In this document: positions 21,225 through 31,433 of the stretch, piece by piece
How positions within the stretch are numbered: the stretch's first letter is position 1
Layout of the letters: each line of letters begins with the position of its first letter
From: Nitrospirota bacterium
Lineage (GTDB): Bacteria; Nitrospirota; Nitrospiria; Nitrospirales; Nitrospiraceae
NCBI GenBank assembly: GCA_963703955.1
Contig: CAVPGK010000011.1
Location: 160,001-224,000, forward strand
Reading direction: 5' to 3'
Length of the DNA stretch: 64,000 nucleotides
Notes under the pieces: generated by a model
Seen by the model: only the letters and a program-made list of their open reading frames with translations
Told to the model about the DNA's origin: nothing
The model's database searches: none
Program-made: the position numbers and the translations under genes

Positions 21225-22737
21225 CCTTAATCCGAAAATAAAAAATTCGGGTTTTTGCTGAACCGGATCAACAAAAAAGGCCTCCTGTGTGGTAAAGAGA
21301 GCGGGCGCGCCAACGCACGACTCTCAACGCAGGAGGCCCCGAAAATGCGCTTGAGACTAGCAAGCCTACGCCGCATTGTCAAAGGTGATCTCCGCGTGGA
21401 ATTCGTCCGCCAGGAGTTGACCTCGTACAGTGGATTGGAACTGCTGCGCCGGTACTTTGCCTTGCTCGATTTGCATCGCCGCATCCGACAGGCCTTCAGC
21501 GCCTACGGACTCGCCGGCGACTATGGGTGTGGGCGCCTGGTCCTGCTGATCATCGCCCTGCTCGTCGTCGGCGCGCGCCGGCTGGAGCATCTGCGCTATA
21601 TCGCCCATGATCCGCTCGTGGGGCGACTGTGTGGCCTCGCACGGATTCCCTCGGATCGTACGGTCGTCAACTGGCTCAAGCAGTTTACCCAGGAGGCCCT
21701 GCAGGCGCTGATCACCCTCAATAGCGCACTGCTCTATCGAGCAAATCGAGCGGCTGGGCTTGAGCCGACTGACCATTGATGTGGATGGCACGGTCGTGCG
21801 GACTGGCGGCGCGGTCGCGTGGGCCTTTCGGGGCTTCAACCCCCATCATCGCAAAGATCCCAGTTACTATCCGCTGCTGGCGCATCTGGCGCAGACCGGC
21901 CAGATCCTGCGCCTGCGCAACCGGCCGGGCAACGTGCATGACAGTCGGGGCGCCGTCACCTTTGTGCGGGACCTGGTCCGTGAACTGCGCGGCCGGTTCG
22001 GGCGTGCCCTCCCGCTGGAATTCCGTATGGACGCGGCCTTCTTCCAGCAGGAGATCCTGGCGCTGCTGGTCCGGGAGGGCTGCGAGTACGCCATCAAGGT
22101 CGGCTTCTGGACCTGGCTGGACCTCAAGGCACGGGTCGCCGCTCAGACCCGCTGGGACCGTGTCGACGACCAAGTGAGTTGCTGTGAGGCCAAGGTCCCC
22201 GTTGAGCCCTGGGGCCTGACATTGCGGGTCGTCCTCTATCGCAAGCAGGTCCGCCACGAGACCCGCAAGAATTTCCAACTCGATCTCTTCTCCCCCGATG
22301 ACGGACACTTCGAGTACTCGGCGGTGACGACCAACAAGGCGCTCAGCGGCCCGTCGCTCTGGGCCTTCATGGCCGGCCGCGGGGCCCAGGAGAAGACGTT
22401 GGCGGAACTCAAGGGCGAATTCGCGCTGGACGTGGTCCCCACGAACCACTACGGCGCCAACAGTGCCTGGCAGCAGCTCAGCGTGCTGGGCCATAACCTG
22501 CTGCGGAGCTTCCAGCTCCACACGCTGGCGACGCTGAAACCCCGAACACGCAAGCGCACCTACGCCTATGTCTTGCAGAGTATGCGGACCTTGCGTTTCC
22601 TGTTCATCAACCGGGCTGGCCGACTGACGCGGATCGCCGACCACCAGGTGCTGCGAATGACCAGCAATCCGGCTACGGAGGCGCTGTACTCGCAAGTCTC
22701 CCATGCCTTGGTGACCTAATTTATTTTCGGATTAAGG
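21225..22737 (+). mobile_element. IS1380-family insertion sequence (1513 bp)
   Basis: Perfect 18-bp terminal inverted repeats CCTTAATCCGAAAATAAA (21225-21242, 22720-22737); 4-bp target duplication CTAA (21221-21224, 22738-22741). Confidence 0.93.
21345..22719 (+). CDS. IS1380-family DDE transposase, 1-nt frameshift near 21738
   Basis: LTSYSGL, TIDVDGT, YYPL, LRNRPGNVHD, FRMDAAF, RGAQEKTLAELK motifs; ORFs join as LLY/EQIERLGLSRLTIDVDG. Confidence 0.9.
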
Positions 22738-22907
22738 CTAATTCGGCGAGCGTCATATACAAACAAAGATGAGCGAAGATGCTTGATAGCATCGTCAAGA
22801 TCCGCCCTGTCTGAACAGTCAAGCGGAGTGTCAACGGTCAGAAGATGGATGAGCCGGTTCGTCGCGACAAGAAACTCACTGATCTCATGCTTCCGTTCCA
22901 TCTTCAC
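22716..22907 (-). CDS. Small hypothetical protein whose 3' end is replaced by the IS end
   Basis: ORF reads into the right inverted repeat; removing the IS gives ...DARRISCLH*. Confidence 0.35.
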   Translation of the reverse strand: MKMERKHEISEFLVATNRLIHLLTVDTPLDCSDRADLDDAIKHLRSSLFVYDARRISLNPKIN

Positions 22908-23517
22908 CCAGTCAGCAGGACCCCTTTTGAACCGGGGGTGATCGTTAGTAGATCATAATACGTAAATAAGAAGAGTCAATATAACCAACAAGGAAAATTC
23001 AGCAGGCTATTCTTTGGGTGATGAAGACGTTCGTTCCTCCGGTTTGCCCCACATGGCCCGGAACACCCCGCACTGGTCAGGCGTTATTTCCCGACCTGAA
23101 CCATCAATTCCATATCGGATCAGTTGGAGGTTCAGCGAGCGGAGGCGAGTGGGAGCAAGGTGGTCGCACGAGCGCGAGTCCGGGAGGAAGGGGCCGCGAC
23201 CCAGCCGCAACCTACCTGCCCCGTAACGATGGGCACACCCCCCACCGGGCATCAGCTTGGGTCCCATTTCTGGCTTGCATAGGATTGGCAAAAGCAAGGG
23301 GTAACTATCTCGTCTCTTGACAGCAGTGTCCAAAAAGCTTACTTGGATGCTGCCCTGCTCACCAAGGAGGGCAATATGACATTTGTCGCAAGCCGACTTG
23401 TTTCTGGGTGACGTTCTGTTTCGCTGGAGGAGATGAGCTATATGACAAAGGAGAAAATGGCAGCTCTTGAAGGTAATCGCAGGAGCGGCGCTAGCAGTCA
23501 TCATAGCGGTCTACTCT

Positions 23518-23671
23518 AAGGAGAAAATCAAGAAGAAGACATTTGTGAAGACCACCCTCAAGCCGGGCGAGCATGTCCTGTACAAAAAAATACGCTGCCA
23601 GAGAAGTGGAGGGCAACGACGAAGAGTTGGTGCTGGTTCGTGAAGAGGATGTCTTGGGTTATCTTCGGTAA
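23518..23671 (+). pseudogene. GroES co-chaperonin C-terminal remnant
   Basis: FVKTTLKPGEHVLYK/KYAAREVEGNDEELVLVREEDVLGYLR*; frameshift in an A7 run. Confidence 0.7.
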
Positions 23672-23726
23672 TTGACATTCTTCACAGAAAGAGAATTGGT
23701 CTCAAATCGGGGCCAGGAGAGCGATC

Positions 23727-24038
23727 ATGAAGATGCTGACCATTGTCTGCGGGGAGAAGCTTGAAGAGGAGATCCTCGCCGTGTTTAAGGACCTGGGAAT
23801 CAAAGGCTATACGGTCATTTCGGGCGTGGGAGGCAGTGGTCAGACCGGAACGGTATCCGGGACCGGCGGCTGGACCGATCGAAATAAGCTGTTCATGGTC
23901 GCGCTCGAAGATGATCACATTCACATGACACAGGTGCTGAACGCCGTGAGGGAGATCCATACCAGGCATGTTCACGGGTACCGTGGCCTTGAGATCCCGC
24001 TCAAAGTATTCCTTCAACCCTGCGAAGTCATCCTCTAA
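23727..24038 (+). CDS. P-II-like small protein
   Basis: MKMLTIV...LGIKGYTVISGVGGSG.TG pattern; AGGAG RBS. Confidence 0.75.
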   Translation: MKMLTIVCGEKLEEEILAVFKDLGIKGYTVISGVGGSGQTGTVSGTGGWTDRNKLFMVALEDDHIHMTQVLNAVREIHTRHVHGYRGLEIPLKVFLQPCEVIL

Positions 24039-24085
24039 CGATCGTATGCCCGAATCCTTGACCGACTTGAGAATGGCGAAGAGGA

Positions 24086-24634
24086 TTGGATATCCTCGAC
24101 TCGGCTATCCTCCACGCCATGAACGAGGCTCTCGATGAACGAGTCCTCGAAGCCTCGGTTGCAGCTGCCCTGGAACGGATCAGGAATGAGCAGAAGAAGT
24201 TCCCGGATCAACGCGGGGCTCTTGAACGGGAGCTTTCATTGATTCAGACGCGCCTACATCATCTCGTGGAACTTGTCGCCAACGGCAAGGGGACTGATTC
24301 GGTAGTCGCATCGCTGCATGAGGAGGAAACACGGAAGAAGGTCTTGGTGGACGAACTTTCGAGACTCGATAACCTCGCCCAAGTGGTTTCCCTGGACGAG
24401 AAGCGTCTAGCCAAGGAACTTCGAAGCCGTCTGGGAGACATCCCCGCCCTCTTCGCTCGCCACGTACCTCTAGCCCGCCAGATGCTTAGGAAGCTTCTGG
24501 ACGGGCACATCGTCTGCGAGCCGATCTTGGAAGGCGGGAAACGAGGTTATCGGTTCACGGCCACAGGGACCTTCGACCGTTTACTGACCCGCGTGAAGGT
24601 TGTCAACGAAAGTGGTGGAGGGCAGGGGATTTGA
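24086..24634 (+). pseudogene. Large serine recombinase C-terminal remnant reading into the tRNA antisense strand
   Basis: Coiled coil plus ARQMLRKLLDGHI motif paralleling ARGILRDLVGKQI of the island A recombinase; ends VNESGGGQGI*; catalytic domain missing. Confidence 0.8.
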
Positions 24635-24688
24635 ACCCCCGACCCCGACGTTGCGAACGTCGTGCTCTCCCAACTGAGCTAGCCCCCC
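24613..24688 (-). tRNA. tRNA-Ala(CGC)
   Basis: 76 nt GGGGGGCTAGCTCAGTTGGGAGAGCACGACGTTCGCAACGTCGGGGTCGGGGGTTCAAATCCCCTGCCCTCCACCA; anticodon CGC, G3:U70 pair, encoded CCA. Confidence 0.97.
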
Positions 24689-24808
24689 ACCCTGCCGTGA
24701 TCCGAGCGTCACCTTCTTGAGCGCGGGAATGCCGGCGGAATTACCTCCAGCCGTTGGCCGCGAAGGAGACGAGAAGAAGATTATATACCAGCCTATTCGC
24801 AGACTCTA

Positions 24809-25072
24809 CTAATTGATGGAATCCATCACACCCCAGGTCGCCAGAGCTCGCTCATTCAGGAGTCGCATGAAACGGGCGCGCAGGATCAGGTCGAACACGT
24901 CGCCTTTGGTCGGACATAGTTCAACGATGATCTCGCGCGCATGCTCAATGACCGCCAAGGCTTCTTGGCGGCTCATGGCCGTGTAGCGAAGTCGGTACGA
25001 CGTCAGGTCCGCAAGCAGGCGCACTTGGGTCATCCGCACCTGTTCATCACGAACCTCTTCGGGGCTGATCAT
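24809..25072 (-). CDS. Hypothetical protein
   Basis: 87 aa; start overlaps the purN stop. Confidence 0.7.
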   Translation of the reverse strand: MISPEEVRDEQVRMTQVRLLADLTSYRLRYTAMSRQEALAVIEHAREIIVELCPTKGDVFDLILRARFMRLLNERALATWGVMDSIN

Positions 25073-25749
25073 TGTGACGACTCACCTGGACTCATCAGGG
25101 AACCCTCCGCCATTTCAGGAACCCCCGTGAGAAGAACCCGCCGTCCGTCTACTCGCAAACTACCGTCGGCGTACAGTTGAACCGCCTTCGGATAGATCTT
25201 GTGCTCCTCGATCAGAATTCGTGCTGATAGGGTCTCGGCGGTATCGTCGTTGAGAACGGGTACGGCCGCTTGAATGATGATCGGCCCTTCGTCAACTCCT
25301 TCCGTCACAAAATGCACGGTGCACCCGGCGAGCTTCACCCCCCAGTCCAGAGCTTTCCCTTGCACATCCAATCCCGGAAAAGCCGGTAGGAGCGACGGAT
25401 GGATATTCATCATGCGGTTCGGAAATGCGCCGATCAGAACCTTCGTCACAATCTTCATGTAGCCAGCGAGCAGGACAAGCTCGACCTCATGCTTTCTTAG
25501 GACTTCCAGGATCGCGCGATCGTACGCCTCACGGCTGTCGGCCCGAGCGGTATAGGGCTTGGGATCGAGGAACACGCCGGTGAGGCCGTGCTTGCGGGCC
25601 CGTTCAAGCGCCTGGGCGTCCTTCTTGTTGCTGACGACCACCGCAATCTCGGCCGTGAGCGCGCCGGATTCAATGGCGTCAATGATCGCCTGAAGGTTCG
25701 ACCCGCGGCCCGACGCCAGCACGCCGATGCGAAGCTTACCGGTTCGCAT
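25069..25749 (-). CDS. purN: Phosphoribosylglycinamide formyltransferase
   Basis: [37 protein letters not shown]. Confidence 0.96.
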   Translation of the reverse strand: MRTGKLRIGVLASGRGSNLQAIIDAIESGALTAEIAVVVSNKKDAQALERARKHGLTGVFLDPKPYTARADSREAYDRAILEVLRKHEVELVLLAGYMKIVTKVLIGAFPNRMMNIHPSLLPAFPGLDVQGKALDWGVKLAGCTVHFVTEGVDEGPIIIQAAVPVLNDDTAETLSARILIEEHKIYPKAVQLYADGSLRVDGRRVLLTGVPEMAEGSLMSPGESSQ

Positions 25750-26785
25750 GAGCCCCAACGTACTCCACTCGCGCATCCCCCTCCCCGGCCACAATCTCGC
25801 CGATCCGGTAGGCCTGGTCTCCCAACTCAGCCGCGCGCGCGATGACTCCGGCTACATGATCAGCCGCGACGGTGAGCACAAGACCGATTCCCATGTTGAA
25901 GACCCGGTGCATCTCGTCTTTATGAATACGGCCGCGCTGTTCGAGAACAGTGAGAATCGGCGGTACCGGCCATGTCCCTCGATACAGCTTGGCCACACAG
26001 TGTTTCGGGAGGACCCTTGGAATATTTTCCGTCAAGCCCCCGCCCGTAATATGCGCTATGCCTTTGATCGGAAACGCGGCGGCTAACGAGAGAATCTGTT
26101 TGGCGTAAATCCTGGTCGGCGTCAGGAGCGCCTCGCCCATGGATCGATCCAATTCAGAGAGCCGGCTGTCGACCGTGAGGCCGGCCTCCTCGAGCAATAC
26201 CCGCCGGGCTAAGGAATAGCCGTTGCTGTGTAGGCCGGTGGAGGCCAGCCCAATGACGGCGTCACCTGGGCGGATCTCGTGCCCGTCGATAATCTTCGCT
26301 CGATCTACCACCCCGACGGCAAAGCCCGCAAGGTCATATTCGCCGTCAGCGTAGAAAGACGGCATTTCCGCGGTCTCGCCGCCGATCAACGCGCATCCGG
26401 CTTGCCGACAGCCTTCGGCAATGCCTTTGACGATTGCTTCTCCCTTAGGGACGGACAGTTTCCCCGTCGCCAGATAGTCCAGAAAAAAGAGTGGCTCTGC
26501 CCCACTGACCGCGACGTCGTTCACGCACATCGCGACCAGATCGATGCCCACCGTGTCGTGCTTGTCCATCAGGAAGGCGATTTTGAGCTTCGTCCCGACC
26601 CCATCGGTCCCTGAGACGAGGACGGGATCTGAATACCGTGACGCCTCGAACCGGAAGAGACCCCCGAACCCACCTAGGTCGGTGAGTACTTCCGGTCGGA
26701 AGGTGGATCGCACCAAGGGGGTAATCCGGCGCACGAATTCGTTGCCGGCTTCGATATCGACTCCAGCTTGTTTATAAGTCGCCAT
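25736..26785 (-). CDS. purM: AIR synthase
   Basis: [42 protein letters not shown]. Confidence 0.97.
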   Translation of the reverse strand: MATYKQAGVDIEAGNEFVRRITPLVRSTFRPEVLTDLGGFGGLFRFEASRYSDPVLVSGTDGVGTKLKIAFLMDKHDTVGIDLVAMCVNDVAVSGAEPLFFLDYLATGKLSVPKGEAIVKGIAEGCRQAGCALIGGETAEMPSFYADGEYDLAGFAVGVVDRAKIIDGHEIRPGDAVIGLASTGLHSNGYSLARRVLLEEAGLTVDSRLSELDRSMGEALLTPTRIYAKQILSLAAAFPIKGIAHITGGGLTENIPRVLPKHCVAKLYRGTWPVPPILTVLEQRGRIHKDEMHRVFNMGIGLVLTVAADHVAGVIARAAELGDQAYRIGEIVAGEGDARVEYVGAHANR

Positions 26786-26820
26786 CGGCGCGGCATCTTA
26801 CCGGAGCCTGTCGGGATAGG

Positions 26821-28119
26821 TCAACGTGCCAGCTCGACCAGCGTTTCTACATGCGCGGTCTGCGGAAACATATCAAAGGGCTGGCACCGGGACAGGCGGT
26901 AGCCGTCGCCAGAGAGCCGGCCGAGGTCACGGGCGAGCGTGGGAGCATCGCAGGAGAGGTAGAGGATTCGTGGGATGTCCAACCGGCCGAGGGCTTGTAG
27001 GCATTCCCGGTCCAAGCCAGCTCGCGGTGGATCGACCAGCGCAACATCATACTCCCCGTTGTGGACTGACTCCAGCATGGTCTCCGCCTGCAGAGGCCGA
27101 AACCGGCAACGTCCGATATGGTTTGTTTTCGCCGCATAACGCGCATCCGCCAGGGCATAGGGATTCGATTCGACTTCAGTCACCAGAGCGCCGCGCCGCG
27201 CCAGGGGAAGGCCGAATGAGCCGATCCCCGCATACAACTCGAGCACGCGAAGGCCCGGGGCAGGCGCAACCCAGCCGGTAACCGTCCGCGCAAGCGTCTC
27301 GTTCAACAGCCAGTTCGCTTGCATGAACGACCGGTCGCTGATGCGGAAAATCAGCTCATCCAATCTGTCGGCAATCCAGTCCTGTCCCTCAACCCATCGT
27401 TGCCACCGTCCAGGTTTACCGGCGGTGATTACTAGGCCCACGATATCCGGGATATCACGAAAGAGCCCGAGGAGCGCACGCGCCTGTTCACGGGTGGCAG
27501 GACCGGTCCGGAGTGCGAGCAGTGTCGAGCCAAACGAGACCGACCGCCGAACCTCGAGCGCGTCAATCCGAAGTGGAAGCCGATGTTGTTCCGCCAAACG
27601 TCTGGTGACCTCTTGAACGATCCCGCGGGTCGCCTCGGGCACCAGCAGGCAGGACGAAGCCTCCACCGGTTGATGGGTGCGCTGTTCGTGAAGTCCCAGC
27701 GCAAAGCCCGCGCCTTGACGGAAGACCGCAAATCGGATGGTGCTGCGATACCCATATGGACTTGGAGACGCAACGACCGGAGGGATCTCCTCAATCCGGA
27801 GCTTGCCCACACGCGCCAGGGTTTCTCTAAGAATCTCCCGCTTCTGAGCAAGCTGAGCCTCATATCGAATGTGCTGGAACTGACAGCCACCGCAGACTTC
27901 GTACACCGAACAGGGCGGCGCGACGCGGTCCGGCGAGGAAACCAGCACGCGAGTAACCGCGGCGTCCTGAACACCCTTGTGGATGGCCCCACCTGCAACC
28001 GACACCGTCTCCGACGGGATCGCTCCCCGCACAAACAAGATCTGCGAGCCAAGACGGGCCAGGCCCCGTCCTCCCTGCACCAGCTTTTCGATTGTCACCG
28101 TGGGTTCCTGTTCAGCCAT
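26821..28119 (-). CDS. rlmD: 23S rRNA m5U methyltransferase (RlmD/TrmA family)
   Basis: TRAM domain, C..Y..CGGC, DPPRAG, YLSC, DMFPQTAHVE. Confidence 0.88.
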   Translation of the reverse strand: MAEQEPTVTIEKLVQGGRGLARLGSQILFVRGAIPSETVSVAGGAIHKGVQDAAVTRVLVSSPDRVAPPCSVYEVCGGCQFQHIRYEAQLAQKREILRETLARVGKLRIEEIPPVVASPSPYGYRSTIRFAVFRQGAGFALGLHEQRTHQPVEASSCLLVPEATRGIVQEVTRRLAEQHRLPLRIDALEVRRSVSFGSTLLALRTGPATREQARALLGLFRDIPDIVGLVITAGKPGRWQRWVEGQDWIADRLDELIFRISDRSFMQANWLLNETLARTVTGWVAPAPGLRVLELYAGIGSFGLPLARRGALVTEVESNPYALADARYAAKTNHIGRCRFRPLQAETMLESVHNGEYDVALVDPPRAGLDRECLQALGRLDIPRILYLSCDAPTLARDLGRLSGDGYRLSRCQPFDMFPQTAHVETLVELAR

Positions 28120-28354
28120 GAGCATCATGCGCACCCAACAACGATTGCTTGCCAAAGAACATCTGATCCTGTAGAACCAACTACATCAGCCGCAACTAGG
28201 CAGCGGCTTAGGTCCTGGCTATTGCCCTGACAGAGACAGCAGTTGGCAGCCTTGCCCCGACGAGAAGCGCTGACGATCACCAATCGCCGACGAGGCACAT
28301 CACGGAGCATTATACACTTCACGGCGCTGATTCCATGGTCATTATGGACGCCCC

Positions 28355-28993
28355 ATGCGTATCTTGATTGTCGATGACTCCTCAGATGAACGATTGTTGA
28401 TTCACCGTATTCTCAAGGATGCGGGGTGTGGAGAGTTACTCAGCGCCACATCGGCTGGTCACGCCCTGGAATTACTTGGCGTAAAAACTCCTGCAACCCG
28501 CGAGGCGACGGTTGACCTCATTTTGCTGGACATCAGGATGCCCGATATGGACGGGATCGAAGCCTGCCGGCGGATCAAGGCCGATGACCGCTACAAGGAT
28601 ATTCCCATCCTCATGGTTACGGTCAAGGACAAGACCCAATTTCTGGAAGCGGCGTTTGAAGCGGGGGCGATGGACTACATCAGCAAACCCATCGATAAGG
28701 TCGAACTGATGGCGCGCGTCCGATCAGCATGGAGGCTGAAGCAGGAAACGGACCGCCGCAAGGCCTGGGAGGCTCAATTGACAAAGAACATCCAGGACTT
28801 GACTCACTCACTCCGACAGGCCGAGGCGTTCCAGGGAATTATCCCGATCTGTTCGTCATGCAAGAAGATCCGCACAGACCAGACTTCGTGGCAGCCACTC
28901 GAGGAATACATCCAAGCCCACTCTAAAGCCAAGTTCAGTTACGACCTTTGCTCCGAATGCTGCGCCAAACTCTACCCCGGCGCCGGCGCGTAG
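28355..28993 (+). CDS. Response regulator with C-terminal Cys-rich domain
   Basis: ILIVDD, LLDIRMPDMDG, DYISKP; IPICSSCKKIR...LCSEC. Confidence 0.9.
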   Translation: MRILIVDDSSDERLLIHRILKDAGCGELLSATSAGHALELLGVKTPATREATVDLILLDIRMPDMDGIEACRRIKADDRYKDIPILMVTVKDKTQFLEAAFEAGAMDYISKPIDKVELMARVRSAWRLKQETDRRKAWEAQLTKNIQDLTHSLRQAEAFQGIIPICSSCKKIRTDQTSWQPLEEYIQAHSKAKFSYDLCSECCAKLYPGAGA

Positions 28994-29115
28994 CTCGAGG
29001 TGCCTGGGTTTGCGTCTCGGAATGCGCTTTTCCATTTGCCGTCCATAGTTCCTTCGCCTATACTGAACACTCTCACCTTCATCGTCCCACTTCCCCTTCG
29101 CAGAAAGGATACAGC

Positions 29116-29715
29116 ATGACCAGCATGGTTCTCCTCTCCACCGGCATCGCAGCCGTTGTGTCGGCCTTGGTGGCTTGGCGGGTGACGGCGGCGATGGGGT
29201 CCGCGCAAGGCAACGCTGAGGCCGCGGTTCCACGACATCGGACACTGCAGGCCGAGCAGTTCCTGCTGACGGACGAGAAGGGCAGGATTTGCGCTGAACT
29301 CAGCACACAGGCCGGCTTGCCTCAGCTCGTTTTCTTCAACCAGGAGGGAAAGAAGCGCGCTACCTTCAGGGTGCACGCCGACAATGGGCCGGCGCTTCTC
29401 TTTCTGGACAATGCGGAGAATCCGCGGACTTTCTTGGGACTCGACGCTCAGAGCTTTTCCAAATTGGCTCTTTCGAGCATGGATGGGAAAGAACAGGTGG
29501 TGCTCACCGGCCAAGACAACGGCTCCGCGCTCCTGCTCTGCGATCGAGCGGGTCAGCATCGAGTAGGACTGATCGCGGGAGAAGACGGCCTGTCGGGCCT
29601 CAGCCTCTTCGACGGCAGCAACACCAACCGAGCCACCCTCTCGGTCATCGAGAAAGGCATCTGCTCCTTCGTCCTCATGAACGAAACTGGTAAGGTCGTC
29701 TGGCAAGCACCCTAA
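29116..29715 (+). CDS. Exported/membrane-anchored beta-repeat hypothetical protein
   Basis: N-terminal hydrophobic helix; repeated G-x-x-L-x-(F/L)-x-D-x-x-G-x-x-R units. Confidence 0.7.
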   Translation: MTSMVLLSTGIAAVVSALVAWRVTAAMGSAQGNAEAAVPRHRTLQAEQFLLTDEKGRICAELSTQAGLPQLVFFNQEGKKRATFRVHADNGPALLFLDNAENPRTFLGLDAQSFSKLALSSMDGKEQVVLTGQDNGSALLLCDRAGQHRVGLIAGEDGLSGLSLFDGSNTNRATLSVIEKGICSFVLMNETGKVVWQAP

Positions 29716-29935
29716 AGAACAAATGAGGTAGTATTTCGTCTCGAGGAGGGCAATGCCTCGGCCCAATCGAAAATTATTTCAGTACCATTGCGGCTGTATT
29801 TCACGAAGTTTTCATGGAGAAGGAAAACGGAAACTGACCGAGTCTTCGAGGGAATTTCCGAAGGCTTCCCTCGACGAAGCCTCAGTGGGCCGCTCCGGAG
29901 GCGCGGGAGCGTCGAGCCCTGGCACACCCTCTTTC

Positions 29936-31333
29936 CTAACTTTCCGGACGCAGTTCAATATTGAGTAATTTTATCTTCCGGTGGAGGTGGCTGCGCTCGA
30001 TCTGCAGATCATCGGCTGTGCGCGAGACGTTCCAACTGTGCTCGCGCAACTTGCGGCTGATGTATTCCCGTTCAAAGGCGTTCCGCGCGTCGCGCAGAGA
30101 CTCATAGTGCTTGGCCGCCAGCACGCTCATGCTGGACGTGCCGGAGGATGCTCCCATGGGCACCCCAACGCGAGACTGCAGAAACATCGCGGCATGCGAG
30201 GCTTCGATCACGGCCCCGGGGACCATGATCATCAAACGCTCGATTAGGTTGCGAAGCTCTCGAATATTCCCCGGCCAGTCGTATTGTTTCAGAACCTCCA
30301 TCGCTTCCGGCGTGACCTCTTTGACCTTCAACCCCTGTTCCTCCGCGTGGGTTTGCAGGAAATGCCGGACCAGCAATGGGATATCCTCACGCCGGTCGCG
30401 AAGCGGCGGCACCTCCATCGGCAGCACGTTCAGGCGGTAGAACAGATCGTCGCGAAAATGTCCCTTTTCGATTTCCTGCGCGAGGTTCTTGTTCGACGCC
30501 GCGATGACGCGCACATCCACCTTGATCACCTTGATGCCGCCCACCCGCATGAATTGCTGCTCCTGCAACACCCGTAACACCTTTGCCTGTGTGTTGAGGC
30601 TCATGTCCCCGATTTCATCCAGAAACAACGTACCGCCGTCCGCCTGCTCGAATTGGCCCCGCTTCTGAACCGTGGCCCCTGTAAACGCGCCGCGTTCGTG
30701 CCCGAGCAATTCGCTTTCGATCAAATTTTCCGGGATGGCTGCGCAATTGACCGCCACGAAGGGTTTGTCCCGCCGGGGACTCTGCTGATGAATAGCGCGG
30801 GCGACTAATTCCTTTCCCGTTCCGTTCTCTCCTGAGACGAGGACGCGGCCGTTGGTAGGTCCAGCCGTTGCGATCAACTGGCGGAGTCGCTGCATGGCCG
30901 GAGACGTCCCGACCAGCTCAAAGCGCCGTTCGACCTTTGCGCGCAGCGTGAGATTCTCTTCCTCCAACCGATGTTGGTCAAGCGCATGGCGCACACGCAG
31001 CGTGACGTTTTCCAGCGACAGCGGTTTCTCGATGTAGTCATACGCGCCTAGTTTAATGGCTTTGACCGCCGTCTCGATGGACCCGTGCCCCGACATCATC
31101 ATCACTTGCAATCGCGGGAACTGCTCGCGCGCGCGCTTGAGGGTTTGCAAGCCATCCATCTCAGGCATCCAGATGTCCAGCAGCAACAGATCGGGCGGGT
31201 CCGCCGCCATCACTTTCAGCGCCTCTCCCCCACTCTTGGCTACGGTGACCCCATAGCCTTCGTCCTCCAGCACGCGGCTCAGGGAATTGAGGATGGGTTC
31301 CTCATCGTCGACGATCAGAATTGACTCCGCCAT
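29936..31333 (-). CDS. Sigma-54-dependent response regulator (NtrX-like)
   Basis: Receiver domain, GENGTGKE, GAFTGA, WPGNIREL, Fis-type HTH. Confidence 0.93.
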   Translation of the reverse strand: MAESILIVDDEEPILNSLSRVLEDEGYGVTVAKSGGEALKVMAADPPDLLLLDIWMPEMDGLQTLKRAREQFPRLQVMMMSGHGSIETAVKAIKLGAYDYIEKPLSLENVTLRVRHALDQHRLEEENLTLRAKVERRFELVGTSPAMQRLRQLIATAGPTNGRVLVSGENGTGKELVARAIHQQSPRRDKPFVAVNCAAIPENLIESELLGHERGAFTGATVQKRGQFEQADGGTLFLDEIGDMSLNTQAKVLRVLQEQQFMRVGGIKVIKVDVRVIAASNKNLAQEIEKGHFRDDLFYRLNVLPMEVPPLRDRREDIPLLVRHFLQTHAEEQGLKVKEVTPEAMEVLKQYDWPGNIRELRNLIERLMIMVPGAVIEASHAAMFLQSRVGVPMGASSGTSSMSVLAAKHYESLRDARNAFEREYISRKLREHSWNVSRTADDLQIERSHLHRKIKLLNIELRPES

Positions 31334-31433
31334 GGGCACCTTATGCAAAGGTTTCAGAGATCAGGCGTCGGCGTCGACTTCTGATTAGTGACTCAAAGCT
31401 GAACGTTGAACGCTGATCAATGGATTGTTGTCG

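Larger units (their letters stand above)
6694..24626. mobile_element. Island B: tRNA-Ala-integrated stress/proteostasis island
   Basis: 14-bp direct repeats at both ends, serine recombinase remnant abutting the tRNA, IS and many pseudogenes. Confidence 0.8.

Noticed and set aside
622..24688. CRISPR array from the repeated TGGTGGAGGG motif
   Set aside because: Copies are kilobases apart and match the tRNA end; no regular spacers or cas genes
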